Positions 54,838 to 64,000 of a stretch of 64,000 nucleotides of DNA are shown here, piece after piece. The DNA lies in assembly GCA_000004695.1 (NCBI GenBank), contig CM000150.2:3936001-4000000 (forward strand), in the 5' to 3' direction. The position numbers were made by a program, and so were the translations under genes. How positions within the stretch are numbered: the stretch's first letter is position 1; each line of letters opens with the position of its first letter. The stretch comes from Dictyostelium discoideum (lineage: Eukaryota). Under the pieces are notes generated by a model. It saw only the letters and a list, made by a program, of their open reading frames with translations, did not search any database and was not told the origin of the DNA.

Positions 54838-56071
54838 ATGGGCGACACATATTCTTTAGTTTTGGTCGCAGGTTACCTATCAATTTTTTTATTCATTGGA
54901 GCAATAGGTTATTTTTATTTAAGTAAACCAAGAATACCCTCTTCAAATGTAAATGAACAACAACAACAACAACAACAGCAACAACAACAACAACAACAAC
55001 CTCAGATTAATATAGAAGATGAACCTCAACAACGTGGGGGTATTGGTCGTATGAATTTAAGAAATAGAAGACAACCAATTATTAATCAAAGAGATGAAGA
55101 TACAGAATCTAGTGGAAGTGATAGTGATAATAGTACCAATAGCGATAATTATGACGATGACAATGGTCAAGAGGGTGAGGGTGAGGATATTGGTGTAGTT
55201 GCACCAGGTATTGTATCAAATCGTTCAGGTAAGAAAATTGGTAAAAAGAAATTAGAGAAATTAAAATTAAAAGATGAAAAAAGAAAAGCAAGAGAGGTAA
55301 GAATTTATTATTTTTTATTTTTTATTTTTTTTTTAATTTCGCCAATGAATTTAGACCATTTTTTAATTTAAAATACTTATTATAATTCATTTTTATTATT
55401 AAAATAATAATATAATATACTAAATTAATAGTATCAAGAATATTTAAGAGAAGAAAAAAAGAAAACAGATTTAGAAAAAGAAGAAGCATTAAAAGAAAAA
55501 AGATTAGAAGAAAAAGAGAATGAAAAATTAAGAAAGGAAGAAGAGGAAAGAATTCGAATAGAAAAAGAGAGAAAAGAAGATGAAGAATATAATTTATTAA
55601 AAAGTCAAATTTCATTACAAGAATCTGGAATCACTAAAAATGAAGATTATGATAAATCATTATTACAATTATTTATCAAATATTTAAAAGAACATAAAAT
55701 TTGTTTATTAGAAGATATTGCTATTGAATTTAATATAAAAACTAATGTAAATAATTTAAATTATTATAATAATAATTTCCAAAAAAAAATAAAATAAAAT
55801 TAACTTTTTTATTTATTTATTTTTTATTTTATTTTAGGAAGTAATTGACCGTATTAAGACATTGGATAAACAAGGTTTAATTTCGGGTGTAATTGATGAT
55901 AGAGGAAAATTTATTTATATCACTAAAGAGGAAATGGAAGCTGTTGCAAAATTTGTAAACAAAAAGGGAAGAGTCAACATTGAACAAATTGCATTGGAAA
56001 GTAATAGATTAATTGATTTTTCAAAAAAGGTTGTTGACAATAATGATCAAGATCCAGTGGACACAAACTAA
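54838..56071 (+). CDS. ddrgk1: DDRGK domain-containing protein 1 (UFM1-pathway ER protein), about 335 aa. Exons 54838..55296, 55432..55746, 55838..56071.
   Basis: E1 [31 protein letters not shown]... has an N-terminal TM anchor, a poly-Q tract and an acidic region, then [18 protein letters not shown]|gtaaga. E2 [59 protein letters not shown]...[28 protein letters not shown]|gtaaat. E3 [61 protein letters not shown]... contains the eponymous DDRGK motif and PCI/winged-helix C-terminus. Compare recalled human ...[38 protein letters not shown]. Confidence 0.75.
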
Positions 56072-56421
56072 CCAACCAACTAACCAGCCATCAACCAATC
56101 AACTAACCAACACCTTCAAAACTAATCAAAAAAAAAAAAACAATTTTTATTTTTATTTTTATTATTTTATTTATTTTTAATTTTTTTGAATTTTAATTAA
56201 AATTAATTTTTTAATTTAGGAACAAAATGGGAAATAAATTTTCAGTTTTTTCCACTTTTTTTTTATTTTTTTTATTTTTTTTTTATTTTTTTTTTATTTT
56301 TTTTTTTAAAACTTTTTTTTTATTTTTATTTTTTATTTTTTTTTTGTATAACTTCCAAACATAAACTTATTTATTTATTTATTTATTCATTTATTTATTT
56401 TCATTTTACATTTAATAAAAA

Positions 56422-58114
56422 ATGAGCAGTCCAACACCTACTCCAAACAAATATAGAAATAATAGAAATAATAATAATAATAATAATTGTGACAATAAAA
56501 ATAATAATAATAGAAATAATAATAGAAATAATAATAAAAATAATAATAATGAAAGAGGAGGAGGGGGAAGAGGAAGAAGAAACAATAACCAACTACAACA
56601 ACAACAATATAATGATGATAATGATCCAGAATTATTATTAGCATTTGAAATTAGTAAAGCAGAGTATGAATTGGAACAAGAAAAACAAAAGAAAATTAAA
56701 GATGCAAATGATTTTTCAATTCCTTTATCAAAGAGTAGTTCAGAATTTATACCTTCATCTACTACAACAACAACTACAACAACCACTACAACCACAACTA
56801 CAGATACTGGAACTGTCAACACTACCACTAATAATAATAATAATAATAATATTAATAATAATAATATAAATGCAACCAAAAAAAAGAAAAAAGATCAAAT
56901 TGATATGACACATTTATTAAATAAAACACCACAACAGAATAATCAATATCAAAGACGTTATAACAACAACAACAACAACAATAATAATAATAATAATAAT
57001 AGTAATAATAATAACAATCATAATAATCATAATAAAAGGAGACCTAATAACTATAATAGTAATAGTAATTATAATTATAGCTATCACAGTAATAATAATT
57101 ATAATTATAGGAATGATTTCAGAGATAATTCATTTTTACAAGCAAAGTAAGTTAAGAATAAGCAGAATCTAATTAAGAATAGTTTCTATATAAAAATATA
57201 TATATAGGTTCTTTTTTTTTTATATGTTTTAATTTTTAAAAATAAATTTCGATGATATTAATACTATTATTAAATAATTAATTATTTATAATAAACATTA
57301 ATTAGTTATTTATTTAAAATTAATCCATATGGTAATTATACATCAGCATTAAAAGAAGCTGATAATTTTGTGGCATGGAATAAAGTTGAACAAGTAATTT
57401 ATTTAATTAATGAATCCCATTCAATTCAATGTCCAATTTGTTTAGAGAAACCAATAGCACCAAAGATTACAAAATGTGGCCATATCTTATGTTATACATG
57501 TATACTTCGTCTCTTATCACATTCAAGCAAATGTCCATTATGTTTTCAAATCATTCAATCTAAATCCGATTTAAAAAGTTTAATATTCAAAAATACTAAA
57601 AAATTTAATGAAAATGATTCAATCACTTTTCAATTATTAAAATTTCAAGAAGGTTCAATCGTACCATTTTTGGTTAATAATAATAATAATATTATTAATA
57701 ATAATAATAATAATAATTTAATACCAACAAAGATATCATTTCCAAATCAAGGTGATGAAAATCAATTATTTTCAAAGTTTTCAATAGTTACAGATATTGA
57801 TGATATTATTGAAGTTGAATTAAGGGAAATTTTAAAGAGTAGAGAAACAGAATTATCAGAGTCTGGTGGTGATTCTGAAACATTGGTTTTCTTAACTAAT
57901 GCAATGTCAGATATTGAAGATAGAAGGGAACAATATAAAACAATGACTGAAACTAGACATTTAATTGATGAAAAGAATTTCATTACATTAATTAATCAAA
58001 ATAATCAAACTAAAAATGAAAAGAAATTTGATTATTATACTTGTAGTAATAATTTTGAAATTAGAATGGCTTTAGAGGATTATTTAAATTCTAAAAATAA
58101 TGGTATTGATTATT

Positions 58115-58152
<38 letters not shown>

Positions 58153-59058
58153 GAAGAAGAGGAAGAAGAAGAAGAAACAGATAAAAAAAATAATAAACAA
58201 AAAAAATTAATAAATGAAAAAGAAAAAGAGGAAAAAGAAAAAGAAGAAAAAATTAATAAAGAAATTAAAGAATTAAAAATTACAACAACAACTACAACAA
58301 CTACAACAACAACAACAACTACAACAATTGAACCAGTTGTTGAAGTTTTACAATCAGAACAACAACAACAACAATTACAACAACAATTACAACAACAATT
58401 ACAACAACAACAACAACAATTATCATTATTACCAAAATTAAAAATTTCATATGAAAATCAACCATATAATGGTGTTTATTATTTATATCAATCAAATGAT
58501 GGACAAAAGATTTATTTACATCCATTGGATATGAAAATTATTGAATTTGAATTCAAGGATAAATCGATCAATGATATTCCATCAACTATTAAATCAAGAA
58601 TCATAGAGTTAGAGACTTACCAAGTTACAGAGCAATCAAGAAAGAAATTTAAATCATTAAATGTATTGGCTTTAACAACTAGTATTTTATTTGCAGAGAT
58701 TGATTTACATTCAATTGTATCAAAAGAAACTTTATCACATTTCAATAATGAACTTAGGGCAAGAAAAGATATTAGAAATCAAAAGAAAAGAAAAGAACAA
58801 AAATTACAAAGATCAAAAGAATTGGAAAGAGCAAAAGATATTGAAAGAGCTCAAGAATTGAAAGAAATTTATCTAAAAGAAAAAGAAATATCTTTACAAT
58901 TAGAAAGAGAACGTCTAGAAGAAGAAAGATTAGAATATGAAGAGAAATTAAAAAATGGTGAAATTAAAATTTCAAAGAAATTAGGTTTCTTAGATGCAAT
59001 TCAATCACATAATAATATTGATTCTTTAAATGATTTCCCTGAACTTTCTAAAAAATAA
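56422..59058 (+). CDS. RNF10-like RING-type E3 ubiquitin ligase, about 825 aa. Proposed exons 56422..57146 and 57306..59058.
   Basis: The RING is CPICLEKPIAPKITKCGHILCYTCILRLLSHSSKCPLCFQ. Compared with recalled RNF10 [29 protein letters not shown]...KCPIC, identical residues are frequent. The upstream N/Q-rich track ORF 56422..57150 ends GCA AA|gtaagt (phase 2). Acceptor ...aattag at 57305 restores the frame: (N)YLFKINPYGNYTSALKEADNFVAWNKVEQVIYLINESHSIQCPICL... The later conserved block is ISYENQPYNGVYYLYQSNDGQKIYLHPLDMKIIEFEF. Poly-D/E, poly-T and poly-Q tracts and a K/E-rich coiled-coil tail are present. Confidence 0.5.
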
Positions 59059-59582
59059 AAAATATAAAATATTAAAAAAATAATAACACATGATATCAAT
59101 CATCAGTTAATTAAAAAAAAAAAAAAAAAAAATAAAATAAAATTGTAACTAAAAATAAATTAAAAAAAATTAAAAAATAATTTATAAATAATAATTTTAT
59201 TAAAATTTCATTAAAAATAAAATAAAAAATAAAAAATAAAACAATGGATGTGTTAAAGATAATTTAATAATAATAATAAAAATAAATAGGGGGGGAGGGG
59301 GTTGTTTGTTTTATTTTTTTTATTTTTATTTTTTTGTTTTTTATTTTAATTTTTAATTTTTTTTTTGGGTTTATAAATAGAAAAATAATAATAAAAATTC
59401 ATTGTAAATCTATTAATAGAATTGGAAAAAAATGGAATTTATAAAATTATTATTTAAGTATGTAAAAAATATATATAATTCTTTTTTTTTTTTAAACAAA
59501 AAATATTTAAAATTAAAAAAAAAAAAAAAGAGAATCAATTGATTATTTTATATATAGAGCAAGAGATGAAAATTTATATAGA

Positions 59583-62500
59583 ATGTTATACTTTCCATTA
59601 GTATATGGTAGTGCATATGCAATTGGTAGTGTATTTGTAGTAGTTGGTATATTTGAAAGATTTTTTAGACCATTTGAAATTTATTGGATGTTAAATTTTA
59701 CAGTTTGGGCAATGATATCAAGTCATAATTATGTATCAATTATAAAGAATTCAATTAGAATTTCAATTTCAGTTATAATTGGTGCAATTGTATCATATGG
59801 ATCATTATCAATAGTTGGTGAAAGTGTTTGGCCGAATGGTTTCATATTTTTTGTATTTTTATTTTTAGCATCTGGTATAATGATGTCATCAAAGTTATTA
59901 CCATTTACATTTGGTAAATTTATGTTTATTTCATATTATTTCTTAACTTTTACAGAAGTGAAATATAGAGTACCATTTTATTCACCAATTACACATTTAA
60001 AATATTGTTTGGGAACAATCATATCAATTGGTATTTGTTTAATTACATGTACCCTTTATAGAATGAAATTTTCAAATGATTTATTCATTAGAATTACGTT
60101 TAATATATTTAGTGAAATTAAAGATTATATTAGAACATCACAAAAAATACTTCATCAAAAAATTAATTTACATAAAAAAAATAAAAATAAAAATAAAAAA
60201 GTTGAAGTACAAGTAGAAGAAAAAGAAAAAGAAAAAGTACAAGTAGAAGAAGAAGAAAATAATAAAATTTTATTTTTTAATAAAAAATTAACATTTAAAA
60301 AAAGATTAGATTTTCATTTTTATGAATATTCTAGATTATTAAATGGATTAAATTCATATTTAAATGAATGTAAAAAAGAATTTCAGTCAAATAAAGATTT
60401 AATATTTCATTTTGAAAAAGTTCAAGTTATTTTAGAAAGAAATCATAAGAAATTATATGCAATTGGGTTTGGTTTAACTCAATCATTTTCAATTGAATAT
60501 TTAAGTCAAATTCAACCAATAATTCCATTAATTGATAAATTAATTACAGAGACTGAATGTATTTTTAATATTATGGAAAAACAATTAAGAAAAAAGTATA
60601 TTCATTATGATAATCATGAATATGTTAAATGGTTTTTAAAATTACATAGTTTAGATGTAACAAATCAAAAATTATATGAAGAAGCAAATAAACAATATTT
60701 TCATACTTATCCATTTTTAATTGATGATATGAATATAATTTTAAATGATTTATTACCAAAATTAAAAAATAATAAAAATATAAGTGGTATTGGTAGTGGA
60801 ATTGGTATTGGTGGTGGTATAGGTAGTAGTAGTGGTGGTAGTGGTAGTAGTAGAGGAAGTGGTGATGGTAGTGGTAGTGGTGATGGTAGTGGTAGTAATG
60901 GTAGTAGTGGTAATTGTGGTGAAAATCCATTTAGAATTAATTCATTAGAATTTTATCAATTTGAAATTAATGAATCATTTAAAAGAGTTGATAAAATTAC
61001 AAAGAATTTAGAAGAAGAATTTACATCAATTTTTAAAGATAAAAAACCATTTAATCCAAATGATGATAATATTTTAACAAAAATTAGTTTTAGTGTTGAA
61101 GGTTTTGCTTTATTTATACAAGAACAAAAGTATTTATCTAAACAAGTATTTTTAATATCATATCATTTATCATTAAAAAAGTATAGACCAAGGGAAATTC
61201 TATATTTACAATCATTTTTTTATAAATTAAAAAAATGTTTTTTAATATTAAATGAAAGAAAAGTATTAAATGAAATTGAGAATGAAAAACTACTAAATAG
61301 AATTTATAAATTAAATTACACATTTATTAAAAAAGTTAAAATATTTTTAAAATATTTAATTTTTAAAAGAATTTTGTATGATTGGATATTTTCATTAAAA
61401 TATTCAATAGTGATTACATGTGGTGCTGTAGGAATTTACGAAATTAATAAAAATTCGGATTTTATATTATTTGAAAAATTGTCATGGGCTTTGGATACGT
61501 TTATAGTGATTTCTCAACCTGATATTGGCGCAATTGGATTCGTCAGTGCTACACGTATAGTTGGTACAATGATTGGAGGTTTCAGTGGATTCGCATGTGT
61601 AGTACTAAGTAAGTTAGGTCAATCAGAAGTTGCAGCCGCTTTTATTTATAGTGGTTTTTCATTTTTTATAATTACTTTAATTGCATTTTTAATTCAAGAA
61701 CAACCATTTGAAAATATGATTCAAATTATAATTTTCACATATTCAACAATATCTGTACCACAATTTGAACAAAGAAAAGAGTCAATAATATATGCATTAT
61801 TTAAAATTGCTCATGTCACATTTGGTGTAATCGTTGTATTATTAGTTGCAATGATTTCACCCTATTTCGATTTCAAACAATTAGAAAAGAATCTTTATAA
61901 AATACCAGAAGCAATAATTGATATGCTTGATTTTTTATTATATTATAGTTTTACATTAAATCCACCAAATAAAAATATTGATAAAGAAATTTCATTAATT
62001 ATTCCAGAAAATAATTCAACAAAAACTATAAATGGTTCAAAAAATGAAAATGAAAATGAAAATGAAAAAGAAAATGAAGAAATTAATAATTTAAAAGATG
62101 ATATTGAAAATAATATTAAATCAATTAATAAATTAACATTTAGAGAATATCGTATATTAATTGGTAAAAAGTATATTAAATTAAGAAGAGTTTTCCCACT
62201 ACAAAGGCAATTGTTGATTGATTCTGGTTTTGAGTTATTTTTTAATTTTAAAAAGTATGAAAGAATTAAAAGTATTTTATACTCAATTCAAAAATTACAT
62301 AATTTATTCGGTGCTTTGGAATTCATGATTATCGAGGCAAATTATCAACAATATATAAGATCAATTGGGTCATTATCAATTGAACTAAATCAATCATTAA
62401 TGAATGATCTTTTAAAAACTTCAAGTGATTTGGCAAATTTATTACCAGTGAAAAATAAAAATATTAATTTTACAAAGAAAACTTCAAAACAATTATCATT

Positions 62501-62696
62501 GGCAGTTGATAAAGATAATAGTATTCAATTATGTAATCAATTAATTAAACATATTGATTTATTAATTGATAGTTTTAATTTTCCATTAGTTCCATATCAT
62601 AGAGTTAATGCAATTTTATATGCATTATTTTGTTTTGTAAATCAATATAATATAGTTTATAATAAATTAATTTTATATAAAAATATTTCAATTAAA

Positions 62697-62741
<45 letters not shown>

Positions 62742-62774
62742 GAAAGTGATCAAATTTTAAATATTAAAAATTAA
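59583..62774 (+). CDS. Large multi-pass membrane protein, 1063 aa, with two hydrophobic blocks separated by a long cytosolic region. FUSC/ArAE (aromatic-acid-exporter/ALMT-like) superfamily-like.
   Basis: Single ORF. N-terminal block of about 6 helices (aa 1-165). A second block around ISQPDIGAIGFVSATRIVGTMIGGFSGFACVVLSKLG...FIITLIAFLIQ...HVTFGVIVVLLVAMISPYF resembles the conserved R-x-x-G-T-x-x-G core of FUSC/YccS/ALMT-type transporters. G/S-rich linker (GIGSGIGIGGGIGSSSGGSGSSRGSGDGSGSGDGSGSNGSSG) and N-rich tail. Family call is tentative. Confidence 0.5.
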
Positions 62775-63183
62775 AAAAAATAAAATATATTATGTTTAGT
62801 TCTTTTTAAAAAATTATTTTCCAACTCCATTAATTTTTTTTTAAAATATCTGAACACCAAATTAATAATTATTATTATTTTTTTCTTTTTTTTTTTTTAT
62901 TTTTTTAAAAATGAAATAATAAATTTTTTTTTTTATTTATTTTTGATCTATACAAAATAACCCCCACCTTTTTAATTTTTCCTTTTTTTTATTTTCATTT
63001 AAATTATTTTTTTTTATATTTTATTTTTTTTTTTATGTATAATGAAAGCACACATCAAAATAAAAAAAAAAAAAAAAAAAAAATTTAATAGCATATTCTT
63101 ATAAAAAAAGAAGCACAACACAAATAAATAAATAATTTAAGAAACAATTTATAAATAAAAGAAATAGTTGGAAAAAAAAAAGA

Positions 63184-63504
63184 ATGTTTTCAAGAGTGAA
63201 ATATATAAACATTTTAATATCATCAATTATTTTATTCATTGTCTTTAATTTTGTTGAATGTTCGAATAAATTAAAAGAAGATAATAATAATAATTTTAAT
63301 AATAATTATAGTAATGAATATTATAGCAATAAACAATTAAATTTTAAAAAACCAATTAAACAAAATAATCAAAGTGATGGATTACATTTATCAGAGAATG
63401 ATAGGACATATAGTTTCGATTCAAATTATTGTTTAAATGAATTTATTTTAGATAAAATAGAAAACGATTTAACTTTATTTCAAAAGTAATTAATTTTTTT
63501 AATG

Positions 63505-63550
<46 letters not shown>

Positions 63551-64000
63551 TAATAATTTTTTTAAAAATAAATAGTACTATTTATAAAATTAATTTTAAT
63601 AAAACATTTGATATATTTGTTAATTTATGTTTAATTAATAAGACAACAACACCTTGTAAAACAGATGAATCAGTATGTATGGTTAATTCAAATACAGGAT
63701 TGGAGATTGAAAATTTAGGTTATTTCAATACATTGGAATACGCCAATAACAATGCATTGGGTGTAGATTTCTCATTTGTTGGTGGTCAATGTTTAAATTT
63801 TGGACATGGAGGATTCGGTAGTGATAGTAGTGGTGATTCAATCTATTATAAAACAAATATTAGTTTAATTTGTGGTTCAAATGATAATGAAACAATGATC
63901 TCATTTTTAAATCCTTGTCATTTATCAATTATTATTAAAACAACTAATAATTGTGTAGTTTCAAGTCAATCAATTAGTATGTATACTTTATTCATTTTCA
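63184..64000 (+). CDS. Putative secreted/lumenal Cys-rich protein, partial at the window end. Exon 1 63184..about 63485. The downstream coding segment 63643..64000+ is in the same frame. The splice is unresolved.
   Basis: Exon 1 MFSRVKYINILISSIILFIVFNFVEC... is a signal-peptide-like start. The downstream open frame TTTPCKTDESVCMVNSNTGLEIENLGYFNTLEYANNNALGVDFSFVGGQCLNFGHGG...SLICGSNDNETMISFLNPCHLSIIIKTTNNCVVS has spaced Cys reminiscent of an MRH (mannose-6-phosphate-receptor-homology)/OS-9-like domain. The candidate donor CAA AA|gtaatt and the only nearby acceptor (aataag at 63642) are not phase-compatible, so either a non-canonical junction or two adjacent genes. Confidence 0.3.

Noticed and set aside
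57370-59058. Treating the RING ORF as an independent gene starting at 57370.
   Set aside because: The track's M at 57370 is a GTG. There is no in-frame ATG between the upstream stop and the RING. An acceptor at 57305 links it in phase to the upstream N/Q-rich exon. The independent model is kept as the alternative in the findings.

Overview
This 64-kb window looks like nuclear genomic DNA of a dictyostelid social amoeba, most probably Dictyostelium discoideum. That is an inference from four things: the extreme AT-richness with long poly(A)/poly(T) and (AAT)n intergenic tracts, GC-richer exons separated by 60-220 bp AT-rich introns with GTAAGT/GTATGT donors and (T)nAG acceptors, codon usage, and gene content (a Skp1 sequence typical of Dictyostelium, an FNIP-repeat fragment, a DRpp30-like RNase P subunit). 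It is eukaryotic, not a prokaryotic island, so the six-frame ORF track under-calls genes: most genes are spliced, and several start codons sit in micro-exons.

I hand-built splice models for about 27 protein-coding genes. From 5' to 3' they are:
- a truncated Tc1/pogo-like transposase (window start)
- cytochrome c oxidase subunit V/Vb-like
- an MFS transporter
- DEAD-box helicase DDX1, with a 3-nt ATG-only first exon
- cornichon
- an ARMC1-like armadillo/HMA protein
- a 4-TM membrane protein
- a 14-3-3 protein
- Sas10/Utp3
- a coiled-coil protein
- a conserved hypothetical beta-rich protein
- a choline-transporter-like (SLC44) membrane protein
- RNase P subunit Rpp30
- an ~2805-aa type I polyketide synthase with C-terminal reductase domain
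- a TBC RabGAP
- an FNIP-repeat pseudogene fragment
- a probably mitochondrial DEAD-box helicase
- a beta-lactamase/LACTB-like serine hydrolase
- a WD40 protein
- zeta-COP-like
- a small acidic protein
- tubulin-folding cofactor E
- an Elongin-A-like protein
- Skp1
- DDRGK1
- an RNF10-like RING protein
- a large FUSC/ArAE-like membrane protein
- a partial secreted Cys-rich protein (window end)

The most system-like element is the large reducing PKS with domain order KS-AT-DH-(degenerate C-MeT)-ER-KR-ACP-R. Its upstream region carries a GC-rich (TAGG)n tract and three spaced AGAGAACAGAT motifs. It is a stand-alone eukaryotic gene with no bacterial-style tailoring cluster around it.

Other points for a second look:
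- a GC-rich palindromic element inside a tbce intron
- a MITE-like inverted-repeat element with a GC-richer noncoding island
- an 18-bp perfect palindrome in a bidirectional promoter region
- long trinucleotide microsatellites inside introns
- in-frame hexanucleotide and trinucleotide coding repeats
- several gene models where two track ORFs are really one spliced gene, notably RNF10-like

No rRNA, tRNA or CRISPR features could be supported.
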